In this document: piece by piece, positions 52,742 to 63,367 of the stretch | Layout: every line of letters starts with the position of its first letter | How positions within the stretch are numbered: the first letter of the stretch is position 1 | From: a virus | Length of the DNA stretch: 64,000 bases | Virus record (IMG/VR): IMGVR_UViG_3300045988_063132 | Location: 38,776 to 102,775 of that record | Direction: 5' to 3' (one strand) | The notes under the pieces: model-generated | Database searches by the model: none | The model's input: only the letters and a program-made list of their open reading frames with translations | What the model was told of the DNA's origin: nothing | Made by a program: the position numbers and the translations under genes

Positions 52742-53682
52742 TATGTAGTAGCATTATAAATTATTTGACGTTCCCCAGTATGACTATAAAAAGAATTATG
52801 GTCTCTAAATTCAGGTACAATTTTATTCCAATTGTTTTTTATAGATTCTAGACCATCTTCATTAGGCATCAATGCTTCAGCATATGCTTGATTCCTATAG
52901 AAGTTCCAAGATCTACGAATATCATAATATACTTCCCTATTCATTCTGCCATTAAGATACTCTGGGTATTTCATTTTCATTGTAACATACCAGTAAATAG
53001 CTTCTTTATAAGACATTAAGTCTGGTATCAACGGATAACTTTCTTTATCAGTAGGTATAGCGCTGTATGATAATTTTAAATAACCATTTGGTACATTGGT
53101 CATTATAAAACCTGGTTTCACGGTATATTGAAAACCTAAACTAGGATTTGTGGAGCTTATAGAATTTAAACTGTGAATATCATAAGTATGTAAGTTGATT
53201 AAATTAGATAAGATAGTTCTAAGATTTTGATTACTATTAATCATTTCAATAGCTTCAGTCTTATCAATATTACCACACATATCAACTACTAGGTTTACTA
53301 GGGTATCATTCTGAATGATCATTTCCGGAGTAAGACATTCACAGTTTTCTTTACAGCAATTGTCACCACATCCCCAAACAGCAAATGATCCTGTTGCTTT
53401 CCTCATGGGAAACCAAGGGCCATTGCAATTAAATGAGTATGCCACTTGATGCAATTGATGTAGATCACAAGGCAGTGGAGCTTGATGACAATTGATCTTT
53501 ACTGCGGGAACTCCCTCAACACCGGTAACTTTAGGTATAAATTGAGTAATAGCACCTATTTGTTCAATAGCTTCTCCACACCATTCTGTGATATCACTAA
53601 TCTTAGTGTCATCTTCTTTGAGATCTAGGTCTGCTATGATCTTTGCTATTACAGTCTTTACAGATGTTAATTTTGTAATCAT
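52741..53682 (-). CDS. Cys-rich structural protein
   Basis: 313-aa ORF with Cys clusters (CGDNCCKENCEC). Confidence 0.4.
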   Translation of the reverse strand: MITKLTSVKTVIAKIIADLDLKEDDTKISDITEWCGEAIEQIGAITQFIPKVTGVEGVPAVKINCHQAPLPCDLHQLHQVAYSFNCNGPWFPMRKATGSFAVWGCGDNCCKENCECLTPEMIIQNDTLVNLVVDMCGNIDKTEAIEMINSNQNLRTILSNLINLHTYDIHSLNSISSTNPSLGFQYTVKPGFIMTNVPNGYLKLSYSAIPTDKESYPLIPDLMSYKEAIYWYVTMKMKYPEYLNGRMNREVYYDIRRSWNFYRNQAYAEALMPNEDGLESIKNNWNKIVPEFRDHNSFYSHTGERQIIYNATT

Positions 53683-53691
53683 ATTGTATAA

Positions 53692-54150
53692 TTATAATTC
53701 GATGTAATCTCTTACATGCTGCTTTAATATTTGTGCCAGACGTCTCTTATTATCCCTAGTCATAACTAACTGATATTTAGTTTTATTCTTAGTAAGCATA
53801 TTCTGTTTATTGTGATAAAATCTATATTTAAAACCCCCAGTATGTTCGTTAAGATGGTAAATTACTTTGTTGTATTTTTTACTTTCAGCGTAATCTATCC
53901 TTAAACTCTTACCAGTATATTCTTTAGGTTTATGCTTTACTATGGATAATGTACCCATTCTACAAGGTAATCTGACTTCTTTTCCGTTTTCAATTATCTC
54001 GTCTCTTAAGTATCTAAAGTAATCTGAAACAATTTGTCTAAATACTTTATAAGAAACCTGATATAGTGGATTGTCTTCTACATAATTACAATAACTATCA
54101 TAAAAGTCAGCAATCGTATAAGCTTTTCTATTGTATTTAGTTTCTTGCAT
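53692..54150 (-). CDS. hypothetical structural protein
   Basis: 152-aa ORF. Confidence 0.4.
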   Translation of the reverse strand: MQETKYNRKAYTIADFYDSYCNYVEDNPLYQVSYKVFRQIVSDYFRYLRDEIIENGKEVRLPCRMGTLSIVKHKPKEYTGKSLRIDYAESKKYNKVIYHLNEHTGGFKYRFYHNKQNMLTKNKTKYQLVMTRDNKRRLAQILKQHVRDYIEL

Positions 54151-54811
54151 TCAGTTCGTTGTTAACGTCGTTTGTACTATTGTTTGTGGTGTCACTAGGG
54201 ACTCGTAACATGATATTCAATTCTCTTTCAAATATCATCTGTTTAATTATAGGTATCATATTTGCTGGTACTGGATATGGAGTATCATCTCTATCAAAAC
54301 ATTCGCCAGCTTGGGTAGGATCTTCTAATATACCTTCTATCTTAACATATTCTAAATGTTCAGGACCAAGTATATACAGATGATTACCTTTTATATAAGC
54401 GATGTAATCACTACAAGTATATTTTCTACTTACTTGATATTTAGCTTTTGTTTCTGTACCTAATTGAATTAAATCACCATTCATATCTTTTACAGCAACC
54501 AAACCTAAACCAAAATGTAAGTCAATGAAATTAGGTATTTCTTCATCTGATTTGTAGTTATAACCACCAGTACAATTACTTACTTTAGATATATGCAAAG
54601 GTCCAATAGTTTGTACATACTCTGGATTTATATCTCTACCCTTATCTAGATCCTGTTTAATTAAATATGCTCTATATTGATGTATCCATTGCTCTATCTG
54701 TATGCGGGATAGCTTTTCACTTTCGCTAACATCACTATCCCTCACAGTAAGGATGATATCATCTATAATAGTATTCAATGAATTAAATGTCATAATCTTC
54801 AGTATTTGCAC
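54137..54811 (-). CDS. hypothetical structural protein
   Basis: 224-aa ORF. Confidence 0.4.
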   Translation of the reverse strand: MQILKIMTFNSLNTIIDDIILTVRDSDVSESEKLSRIQIEQWIHQYRAYLIKQDLDKGRDINPEYVQTIGPLHISKVSNCTGGYNYKSDEEIPNFIDLHFGLGLVAVKDMNGDLIQLGTETKAKYQVSRKYTCSDYIAYIKGNHLYILGPEHLEYVKIEGILEDPTQAGECFDRDDTPYPVPANMIPIIKQMIFERELNIMLRVPSDTTNNSTNDVNNELNARN

Positions 54812-55067
54812 TCCATTTATCTGAAGTAATTAAACTATTGAATTCTATTGTTGCAGCTTCATATACTGGAAAAGGATAATTAGCAGCATTATTATTTTCA
54901 TCTTCTTCCAGTGTCATTACAGGCGAAAATAACGTATCATAATGCTCGATATGAAGCATAACTTCTGTTCCATCTGTACTCATTCTTGGACTGTCTATAC
55001 CTAATTTTTTCTTTATTTCTTCCGGTATAGTATCAAACAGTTCTCTTGGAATTACTATATATCTCAT
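54783..55067 (-). CDS. hypothetical small protein
   Basis: 94-aa ORF. Confidence 0.35.
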   Translation of the reverse strand: MRYIVIPRELFDTIPEEIKKKLGIDSPRMSTDGTEVMLHIEHYDTLFSPVMTLEEDENNNAANYPFPVYEAATIEFNSLITSDKWSANTEDYDI

Positions 55068-55068
55068 C

Positions 55069-57132
55069 TCACTTTGCTTTTAAAGTTTGTAAATAGTTAT
55101 ATGCTTTGATACAGTCGTCTTTGGAGAGGAGCTGGTTGTTGTAGATGCCCAAGTTTTTGAAAGCCATTTTGGTGAAATCTCTGTTAAAGTACCCAATAGC
55201 CATTACCCCTTTACTAATTGTAGCCTCCTGTTCTATATTGTTTCTTATTTCCTGCCAGTCATTAAGATATATGCGACCATCAGAACAGATAGCTTTTAAA
55301 GATTTAACATCTTCAACAGAAAATCCCTGTCCGGCGTTTATATATTTATACACAAATATTCCATAATCTCTATTGTATAAGTAGAAAGAGTAAACTTTTG
55401 TTAAGCCAGCATTCTTATTTTCGTTAGTTATAAATTCCCAATTTCCAACAATCGTCCAATCCTCGTTCAATGTAAAAGCAGCACTTCGAACCTCATCATC
55501 CACCCCATCAGTAACTAGATAGCCTTCGTATTCGGGGATTTGCTCTATAGTAATATCACAGGTTTCTTGTATTTTATCTAATGTAAATCCATACCAATCT
55601 CCATTTGCTTTAAATGGAAAAGACGGTAATGTATAAGTTCCATCTTCTGATATTTTGTATATCTGTTGTCCTTCAGAAGTTACTTGTTTATAGGATAGAG
55701 TTTGACCATCTTTCAGTCCATAAACTTTTATCTTATAAGAAGGAACTGTAAAAGAAGGTTGTTCAGGATAGGATTGATAATATAACTGTGTAGACGCAAC
55801 TTTAACTGAAGTTATATTTACAGAATAACTCGTCCAAGTTAAATCCGCTCTATTAGTAGATTTAACCCATCTACCACCAGCATAATTCTCACCATACAAC
55901 CCATACCCACTCCCTTCTGCAAACCCAAAATTCGACAGTATAAGATCATTACCATTGCCCGTAATGTTGGCAATAGTAGCACGATCTTCGTCCTCGTTGG
56001 TTTTGCCTACCACTGTCCATGCCTGGTCGGGGAAGAGCCAGGGATAGGTTTTGACGAAGTAGTCTTTGATCTTGGTCAGTTCTTCTTCGGTGGCATCGTG
56101 GTCGAGAAATACAAGTTCCCAAATGGCAGCGTTAATATAAGTTCCTACATTAGTTGGAGCTAATTTCCCAACATGTAGCACATCTGTTCCCTCAAAATTA
56201 CCAGTTGTAATCGAAACACCATTATAACTTTTAGATGTCTGATAAGTAAGGATGTGTGGTAAATCCATTTCACTCCCTATTGCTCCAAAAGATATAGGCT
56301 TATTAAGATGATCGGCTTGTATATTTCTATATTCTAACAAGAAGGCACCATTATTGAGCCAATTCTTTGTATTAGATACTAATCCTAATGCTCTTTCTCT
56401 CCTTGTAATCCACTGTCTCAACGCCACAACCGTATATCCCTTTTCTTTAGTCAGAATAGGAAAGTTATCACAGACACCGTAATCATCTACTCCGTCAAAG
56501 ACGAGTGCACCTGGATAGAGGGGAAGAATTTCAATCGTAAACTCTCCTCTGGTTGCACTGACCCCATTATAGAAATATAATGACCTATCCGTATTTATAA
56601 CATCAATGTCGACTGTATAAATACCATCTTGAGTCCACTTTCCGTATACATTACTTGGAGAACTGGTGTCCGAAAGAGAGAGAGTATTGCCATCAACTAA
56701 TCCAGTGACCTTAAATGTGAATTGAGCATGCTGCGTACCAGAAGAAACAGCCACCATATAGTACTTATCCGGAGTAAATTCATATTTGTCGTAATAAGTT
56801 GACACGCCACCAACCCCAGACATCCCACCCCAAAGGAAGTTCTTCATTTGCAAGTCATGTCCATTACCTGTCTTATCTACCCACACAGGATTTTCTTTCA
56901 TCTGCTCATTAGTAAGACCGGAAGCGGAATATCTTGCAATCATACCAGGAATAGATGGGAAATCATCATCGTCGCCTTCTGAAGTAGGGGTATAAAGACC
57001 GTATTTACGTTGAGCTTGTTCTTCCATTAATTTCCTGTATTGTTCATACCAAGACTTATAATCTAATACAGGACCTGCTACACTTATAAGCTTATCTGTA
57101 TCTTCTACATGTGTTTCATAATGTTTCTTCAT
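55069..57132 (-). CDS. tail-fibre-like protein
   Basis: 687-aa beta-rich ORF that is G/Y/T/N-rich. Confidence 0.45.
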   Translation of the reverse strand: MKKHYETHVEDTDKLISVAGPVLDYKSWYEQYRKLMEEQAQRKYGLYTPTSEGDDDDFPSIPGMIARYSASGLTNEQMKENPVWVDKTGNGHDLQMKNFLWGGMSGVGGVSTYYDKYEFTPDKYYMVAVSSGTQHAQFTFKVTGLVDGNTLSLSDTSSPSNVYGKWTQDGIYTVDIDVINTDRSLYFYNGVSATRGEFTIEILPLYPGALVFDGVDDYGVCDNFPILTKEKGYTVVALRQWITRRERALGLVSNTKNWLNNGAFLLEYRNIQADHLNKPISFGAIGSEMDLPHILTYQTSKSYNGVSITTGNFEGTDVLHVGKLAPTNVGTYINAAIWELVFLDHDATEEELTKIKDYFVKTYPWLFPDQAWTVVGKTNEDEDRATIANITGNGNDLILSNFGFAEGSGYGLYGENYAGGRWVKSTNRADLTWTSYSVNITSVKVASTQLYYQSYPEQPSFTVPSYKIKVYGLKDGQTLSYKQVTSEGQQIYKISEDGTYTLPSFPFKANGDWYGFTLDKIQETCDITIEQIPEYEGYLVTDGVDDEVRSAAFTLNEDWTIVGNWEFITNENKNAGLTKVYSFYLYNRDYGIFVYKYINAGQGFSVEDVKSLKAICSDGRIYLNDWQEIRNNIEQEATISKGVMAIGYFNRDFTKMAFKNLGIYNNQLLSKDDCIKAYNYLQTLKAK

Positions 57133-57134
57133 AC

Positions 57135-57596
57135 TTATAAGTTATTTATTGTTATTGTTATTTGTTCTTTATTATCCATCGCCTTCTGAAGTAGGGGTAT
57201 AAGCTTGTTATAAGCTACAGTAGAATTAGATATCCAATCTTCTTTCATCCCATCCCAAGTACCTACCAGTATACATCCACTGGAATCTTTGGCGCTAGAA
57301 TTGCCCGTATGGATACGTATACCTAAGAAGTGAGGTACATTAAGTATCTCAGGCATAATACGCTTAAAACGGTTAGAATAGCTTAATTTCACCTCATACG
57401 TACCAGCAGGTACAGCAGTATCCCCATACACCTTTTCCTTGCATTTACATGCAATTCCTTTAGGTGTATTAGGACATACTTCAGGTAATGGTCTTACTGG
57501 ATCTTCAAGTGTATCGCATAGATAAGCACCATCTACATATAACTCCCCAATAGTATATTCATTAGTACGAAATATTCTATCTAATCTGAGTTCCAT
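57135..57596 (-). CDS. putative cell-wall-active protein with L,D-transpeptidase-like H-x-G...S-x-G-C motif
   Basis: It contains IRIHTGNSSAKDSSGCILVG. Compare the YkuD catalytic signature HGT...SHGC(I/V)R. This is a weak, by-eye match. Confidence 0.3.
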   Translation of the reverse strand: MELRLDRIFRTNEYTIGELYVDGAYLCDTLEDPVRPLPEVCPNTPKGIACKCKEKVYGDTAVPAGTYEVKLSYSNRFKRIMPEILNVPHFLGIRIHTGNSSAKDSSGCILVGTWDGMKEDWISNSTVAYNKLIPLLQKAMDNKEQITITINNL

Positions 57597-58111
57597 TATG
57601 CAGCAGGTGTTTCTAATGCAGCAACTCTCTCTTCTAAACCGTTTACTTTAAGAGTTAATGCAGTGATTAATTCTCTTACTTCAGAATCACTATAATTGGT
57701 CAAACTAGCAAGTTTATTCTTTTCCTCAGTAGTATAATCATTAGTAGAAAGACCTTTACCGGTTTGTCTATCTACTTTACCTTCAATAAGTTCCGCATGT
57801 GTATTAATAACATCAATTAATTCAGGTAAACTATCCATAATTTCAGGAGCATCTCCAATTAAAGCATCAATCTTAGCTTCAATTTCATTTTCACGTCCAG
57901 TTGCCCTACTTATTTCAGAAGTAAGATCACTTCTTAGATCTTTAATATCTGATGTGGCTGTATTATTTACATAAACCCAATCCTTACCATTAAAATATTT
58001 CAAATCACCACCGTTAGGATTAGATGCTAAATCAGCCCAATACTTAACAGATGCAGTATTTGGTTTAATTGTACTTCCTAATATATCATATTTGTTGTTA
58101 TACATATTCAT
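57596..58111 (-). CDS. hypothetical tail-associated protein with C-terminal coiled coil
   Basis: 171-aa ORF. Confidence 0.4.
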   Translation of the reverse strand: MNMYNNKYDILGSTIKPNTASVKYWADLASNPNGGDLKYFNGKDWVYVNNTATSDIKDLRSDLTSEISRATGRENEIEAKIDALIGDAPEIMDSLPELIDVINTHAELIEGKVDRQTGKGLSTNDYTTEEKNKLASLTNYSDSEVRELITALTLKVNGLEERVAALETPAA

Positions 58112-58158
58112 ATTTATTTAAAATAAAAAAGGTTGACTAAATAGCCAACCTTTGTGTT

Positions 58159-58722
58159 TTAGATTTCAATTTGTTTCTCCTCAGATGAGGGGGTTTCTAT
58201 TTTAACCTCTGGACGAACAGTAGTTACATTTTGTAAAAGTTGCTTAAGCTCTTTCACTTCAGCTTTTAATTCATCAAGTTCTTTGAAATCTTTTGTCACA
58301 TTGGTTGTTATGTCCGGAGTTGTATTAAGTAATTTTAAGATGTCTTCACATCTCCTCATCTCTTCATCGTATTTTAATACGCTTTCCTTTTTAACTTTGC
58401 AGTCATTATAGGATTGTTTAACCATATCTACAATTTGAGTTTTATCTGTAGCTATAGTAAGTCCGATGGTAGAATCGGTCATCATTGTTTTATCTTCAGA
58501 TACTGACAGTTTCTTCTGCTCACCGTCACAAGAGATAACTAAATCTACAAGCTTACGCCTATTCTGCATAGGCATTGGGAATTGACCTGGTGGCAATGGT
58601 TCATCGTAGGGTTTTGATACACTTACTACTTTACCTAAACTGTATGTAGTACTCTTTTTAAAAGTACCTGTAATCTCGAGTACGTGTATATTTGTACCCG
58701 GCGTTAACTGTGAGAATGTCAT
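58159..58722 (-). CDS. hypothetical protein
   Basis: 187-aa ORF. Confidence 0.4.
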   Translation of the reverse strand: MTFSQLTPGTNIHVLEITGTFKKSTTYSLGKVVSVSKPYDEPLPPGQFPMPMQNRRKLVDLVISCDGEQKKLSVSEDKTMMTDSTIGLTIATDKTQIVDMVKQSYNDCKVKKESVLKYDEEMRRCEDILKLLNTTPDITTNVTKDFKELDELKAEVKELKQLLQNVTTVRPEVKIETPSSEEKQIEI

Positions 58723-58788
58723 ATCTTTAAGTTTAAAAAGATATGGGCAGGTATTACTCGCTGCCCATATACTTTAAGTTAATATATA

Positions 58789-59226
58789 TTAGGCAGCTGG
58801 AGCTGCAGCCACAGTGTAATGATTCATAACCTGAATAACATTATCGCATTTATTGTAATAAACCCAATATCTGTTACCAGCAGAGATTTCAGAACCAACT
58901 AATGGTGTGCTATCTCCTTTTACTACAGGTATATTGTTGTTATTTGAAGCGGTGCTTACTGAACCAGTAGTAGATACAAACACAGGAAGTGTTGCACTAG
59001 CAGTGGCAGGAGTATGTCTAACCTCTAATACAAACACACCTTCTCTAGGAAGTCTACACCACACTTTAGGATAGATACCCAGAACTGTAGATTCTGTTGA
59101 ATCGCTTACGCTTATTGTATTGATTTTCGGTATTACTTGGTCTAAAATACGAACGGTATTGTTACGTCCAAAGTAAGGATTAAACATGAAAGGAAACATA
59201 ATAACCTCCTTTCTTATTAAGCGCAA
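58789..59226 (-). CDS. hypothetical protein
   Basis: 145-aa ORF. Confidence 0.4.
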   Translation of the reverse strand: MRLIRKEVIMFPFMFNPYFGRNNTVRILDQVIPKINTISVSDSTESTVLGIYPKVWCRLPREGVFVLEVRHTPATASATLPVFVSTTGSVSTASNNNNIPVVKGDSTPLVGSEISAGNRYWVYYNKCDNVIQVMNHYTVAAAPAA

Positions 59227-60164
59227 CAGCTATCACCGTAGCCATATCCGTAACCATAAGGGTTTCCATAACCTGTAAATCCACCATTACATCCGTACGG
59301 ATTACATGTCAGGTATGCAGGAACTGGACAAGGTTTAATCTGATTTACAATATTCTGAGTCTGCTGTTGAGTAATGGCAGAAGTCTGCAATGCATTCTTT
59401 TCATCACGCAGAGCATCAATCTTATTCTGCATTTCTCTCATTTCTAACTGACAGAACTTATCATTGATCATTTGTGTCTGTGCATCGATCTTAGCGCCAA
59501 TGATGTTGAATCTTGTAGCGTTTTCGCTAGACAGATTGTTAAATCCTGAAGTAATAGCATTCTGCAATGTATTAGTCTGTTGACAGATAGATAATCTATT
59601 ATCAGCATTCATTTGAGTTAAATTCAGATTAACTGAATCAATAGAACGCTGAGTTGTGCAGCAGCAGTCACTAATAGCTTTGATTACGTTGCAATCGCCA
59701 GCATTAACAGCATTGATTACTCTTTCTGCAGAGAAACCTACTTCACCACCAACTTTACCAATTGCGTTCTGAATAGAACACAACGCTGTGTCAATTGATT
59801 TAACGTCACAGTTCAAGTTAGTAGACAAGGTATTGATTGCATCCTTGTTACCGTTGATAGCCTGCATTAACAAATCAGTGTTGTTGTTCTGGTTACCCAT
59901 AGCAGCTAAACGAGCGAAGTCAGAGTTGGTTTCAGCCTGGTTGCCACGACCGAAGCCGTTGCCACCCCATCCGCCCCACATCCAGAAGAGCACGATGATG
60001 AAAATCCACCACCAACCGCCATTGCCACCGAACATACCATTACCGTTGTTCATCATAGCCATCAAAGCAGCAGGATCAAAACCTTTATTAGCATTTTGCA
60101 TCAAAGCAGCGATACCGGGGTCAATACCACCACGGTCTACAATTATTCTTTCGTTTTCTAACAT
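59217..60164 (-). CDS. membrane protein with Trp-rich TM segment, Cys-rich coiled coil and C-terminal (GY)n tail
   Basis: It contains GGWWWIFIIVLFWMWGGWGG. The CCC and CxxxxC clusters are present. The C-terminus is NPYGYGYGYGDSCCA. Confidence 0.45.
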   Translation of the reverse strand: MLENERIIVDRGGIDPGIAALMQNANKGFDPAALMAMMNNGNGMFGGNGGWWWIFIIVLFWMWGGWGGNGFGRGNQAETNSDFARLAAMGNQNNNTDLLMQAINGNKDAINTLSTNLNCDVKSIDTALCSIQNAIGKVGGEVGFSAERVINAVNAGDCNVIKAISDCCCTTQRSIDSVNLNLTQMNADNRLSICQQTNTLQNAITSGFNNLSSENATRFNIIGAKIDAQTQMINDKFCQLEMREMQNKIDALRDEKNALQTSAITQQQTQNIVNQIKPCPVPAYLTCNPYGCNGGFTGYGNPYGYGYGYGDSCCA

Positions 60165-60202
60165 AATGATTTATTTTTTAATTGATTTATTTATTTTGAT
60201 AA

Positions 60203-60946
60203 TTAGAAATATCTAACAGATGTGTTGCGAGAATCTCTGTCTCTTTTCATATCTTCTTCACGTCTATCTCTATCCATTCTATTTCTTTCAGGATAAGCAT
60301 AACGATCAGAATATTCATATTCATCCTCTATTTCATATCTAGAGTAAGGATATGACATTCTACCGGAAGATCTTCTTTCTCTACCATATTTATAATCTGA
60401 ATCATATTCACGATCGTGAGACATATGTTCATATGCTTTATAATCGTTATCTTCATCATCACACATTATATAAACATAGTAATGCCACATCTTGCCTTCT
60501 GAGATGTCTTTGTCACAAATCCAAGCTTTGGTAAGTTCTGCAAAATGTTTGGTACTAGCTCCACCAGTTATTGCTACAACAGCTTTATAAAAATCTGAGT
60601 AGATCATATTCATGGCTACATACCAGTCCCACTTATTGTGTTTCTCTGATTTTAAATTTATGCCCATTTGATTGGCAATGGACGTTGTCTCTTCAACTGT
60701 CCAATGAGGGCCTTTTGATCCATCCTCATTTTCCATGCCTTCTACTGCGTATTTAGCATGTTCCTCATCAAAGTGAGGGCCATTTATAGCTTCATATACA
60801 TTAGCACAGAGTTCTGATTTAAGTATTCTGAAGCCCTTTTCCAACAGATTATCTTCATGTTTATCCATAGCTTTACCCAATTTAGTTAAAGCTTCTGTTG
60901 GGGAAGGATGGCGTTTAATTTGATCTAATATTCTACTTAAATGCAT
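60203..60946 (-). CDS. hypothetical protein with acidic, R/D/E/Y-rich C-terminus
   Basis: 247-aa ORF. Confidence 0.4.
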   Translation of the reverse strand: MHLSRILDQIKRHPSPTEALTKLGKAMDKHEDNLLEKGFRILKSELCANVYEAINGPHFDEEHAKYAVEGMENEDGSKGPHWTVEETTSIANQMGINLKSEKHNKWDWYVAMNMIYSDFYKAVVAITGGASTKHFAELTKAWICDKDISEGKMWHYYVYIMCDDEDNDYKAYEHMSHDREYDSDYKYGRERRSSGRMSYPYSRYEIEDEYEYSDRYAYPERNRMDRDRREEDMKRDRDSRNTSVRYF

Positions 60947-60994
60947 AGTTTCAATTTATTTATTGATTAATATTAAATTGAAATATTTTGCAAA

Positions 60995-61594
60995 TTACTT
61001 TGTAATTTTGATAACCCGAGTATCTAATACTCTTATTAAATCGTTAGAATTGATAATTTTGTAAGATTCGACTTTATCTTTTTTAAAGTCAAAATGTATT
61101 AACCGTTGAAACCAGTTTTTATATTTCTTTCTATATACTTTTTCTTCGGTTATAAATAAATCTTGATGATTATATATCTCTGGAATACAGGTTATAACTG
61201 AATCCATTCTATTTATTTTGATTGTAGTCAATGGATTTGACTGAAGTTCTACATTGAAGTTTCTATCTATAGGTATTGTTTTTACTATAGTATCTGTCAA
61301 TACTGTGGACATACTCATTACTTCTTTTAACTTCTTATTCTTTATCTTAAGTTGATCTTGTGTTTTTGATAATTCTTGTATTAAACTATCTTTAGAATGT
61401 TTGAAATCTTCTATATTAAGTTTTAATACTCTATTTTCATTTTGTTTATTACTTAGGATTGATTGATAAGATTCAATATTATTACGAGCATCTCCCAATT
61501 CTTCATCTAACTCATTTACTTTATTCCTTAAGACATGATTGGATATTCCTAAGTAAGTCATAATAGCTACTATCAATACTCTAAGATAATTCAT
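60995..61594 (-). CDS. N-terminal TM plus coiled-coil protein (spanin/lysis-accessory-like, by topology)
   Basis: An N-terminal TM segment (LRVLIVAIMTYLGI) is followed by a coiled coil. Confidence 0.35.
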   Translation of the reverse strand: MNYLRVLIVAIMTYLGISNHVLRNKVNELDEELGDARNNIESYQSILSNKQNENRVLKLNIEDFKHSKDSLIQELSKTQDQLKIKNKKLKEVMSMSTVLTDTIVKTIPIDRNFNVELQSNPLTTIKINRMDSVITCIPEIYNHQDLFITEEKVYRKKYKNWFQRLIHFDFKKDKVESYKIINSNDLIRVLDTRVIKITK

Positions 61595-61595
61595 A

Positions 61596-62141
61596 TTACT
61601 TAATCTTTTTAACTAATTTCTTAATCTTTGGTAAATCTTCTTTATCAATAGTGATATCTAAGTACTTCTCGCCTTTTCTTTTAATGAACTTGCTGAATAT
61701 TTTCCAAGGTCCAGTAGGATCTAATGTTTGTAGATTCTCTACCATTGACCATAGTTCTACACCAGCAACAAGACCAGCAAAACCCTCAACTAAGTGCGCA
61801 TCGATGGATGTCAATATATATTCATCTACTAGATGACCACAGCTTATCATTAATGAACTAAAGCAAAGCTTTTTAACAGTTGACCAAAACTTTCTAGATT
61901 GAATCTTTTCACCATTACTTAATGACACTCTAATACCTAATATCATATCAATGATTATTAGTATTCCTACTGCAACTATTGGTAACCAAATAGGTAAAAA
62001 GAATGTGCTTACAGCACTAGATAAAGCAGTACTAATGCAAGTAAAAAATTTAATCGGACCATCATTTATTAGTTCTTTAAAATAATTCACTGTTGATACA
62101 CTTGAGGCTTTTATTATAATATCGTTTATATATCTAAACAT
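61596..62141 (-). CDS. multi-pass membrane protein (holin-like, by topology only)
   Basis: Three to four hydrophobic helices are present. Confidence 0.35.
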   Translation of the reverse strand: MFRYINDIIIKASSVSTVNYFKELINDGPIKFFTCISTALSSAVSTFFLPIWLPIVAVGILIIIDMILGIRVSLSNGEKIQSRKFWSTVKKLCFSSLMISCGHLVDEYILTSIDAHLVEGFAGLVAGVELWSMVENLQTLDPTGPWKIFSKFIKRKGEKYLDITIDKEDLPKIKKLVKKIK

Positions 62142-62323
62142 GATTGAAGATTTGTGAGACTTTGAAAAAACAAAACGCTAGACAATCTAAAAGAATGCTA
62201 GCGTTCTGAAAATTATATGATACTTAGAGCTTGATATATAAAGTAAACGATTATATTAAATAAAGGTTCCTCTTATAAAGAGGACTATTACATACCTAAT
62301 AGCGGTTATTAGATGATAACTAT

Positions 62324-63361
62324 TTATTTGATTTTTTGTACAATCGTGGGCAAGTCTTTCAAGTCGTTCGGATAACCTGTAACGGTTGTCAGAATGCAGA
62401 GATAGATCACACCGTATTGTTCATAATATTTGTCTTTCTTGAATGCCATACCCTGCACGTATGGAATAGGATCATCAAGCGTGCCTGCGTGCTCAGCTTC
62501 AACGATCTTATACAGTGAAGCAGTTTCTATGCCCGGTTTCCAGTCGGCTTGCAGCTTGTGCTTTTGTATCACTTCAAACAAAGTGTCACTTTCTCCTTCC
62601 ACTACTCGAAGCCGGAAGCCTATTTCAACTTCCTTGCCAAACTCTGCATCTTTCTCACCCCAAATGGGGAATAAGACCTGCATCTCCAACGCTTGGCTGG
62701 CTGTGAGAGACACGCTGTTCATCATCGCACGGGCAAAGGTCACTGCCTGCGCTTCCGGGGATTTAGCAATTGCCTTATCTACTTTAGTTTGCAAGGCTGC
62801 CGTTGTCGTTCGGATCACTTCGGGATACCCCGTCACCTCAATCACTTCTACATCTTCCACTGTCTCGGCAGCTTCAATATCAGAGAGAAACTTTTCTGAT
62901 AGACCTATACAGATATCATTGTAGTCTGCCATCTCGTTGAGAGCTTCCAATAACAGAGATGATTTATACGAATTCCCGTTTACTTCAACCGTATCTTTTC
63001 GGGCACACTGGTCTTTTAGAGACAAACGGTCGTATGTATATACATCGTTGTCCTCTATGTAGTAGTGCCGGTAGTCGGTGTTGTAGACTTCCTGACGCTT
63101 CAAGTCTTTTGCAGTTTGAAGTTTTTCTTCCGGTGTCGGTTCGGGAATGGGTGTCAATTGCATATTGAACACTTCTTCTACGGATGCACCTTCGTTTGCC
63201 TCTTTAAAGGCAATCTGTTCCTCTGTCAGCAAAACGTACTTTCCTGCAACATAATCCTCCCATGTTGTGCCGATATCGTTGTCTGCTGTATCGAGCTTTT
63301 CCGGCATTGCGACATAGATATTCGCTGCGTCTTTCTGTATGTATAAATAGTTTATTTCCAT
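62324..63361 (-). CDS. hypothetical protein encoded in a GC-rich island
   Basis: 345-aa ORF. The local GC is clearly higher than the rest of the window, with many spurious overlapping plus-strand ORFs. Confidence 0.45.
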   Translation of the reverse strand: MEINYLYIQKDAANIYVAMPEKLDTADNDIGTTWEDYVAGKYVLLTEEQIAFKEANEGASVEEVFNMQLTPIPEPTPEEKLQTAKDLKRQEVYNTDYRHYYIEDNDVYTYDRLSLKDQCARKDTVEVNGNSYKSSLLLEALNEMADYNDICIGLSEKFLSDIEAAETVEDVEVIEVTGYPEVIRTTTAALQTKVDKAIAKSPEAQAVTFARAMMNSVSLTASQALEMQVLFPIWGEKDAEFGKEVEIGFRLRVVEGESDTLFEVIQKHKLQADWKPGIETASLYKIVEAEHAGTLDDPIPYVQGMAFKKDKYYEQYGVIYLCILTTVTGYPNDLKDLPTIVQKIK

Positions 63362-63367
63362 TTTGAT

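Noticed and set aside
25687-63346. Many 60-160 aa ORFs antisense to or nested within the giant minus-strand genes. Examples are 38455-38757, 48284-48562 and 62430-62924.
   Set aside because: They lie wholly inside long, well-supported ORFs on the other strand and have odd composition. They are probably spurious, especially in the GC-rich island.
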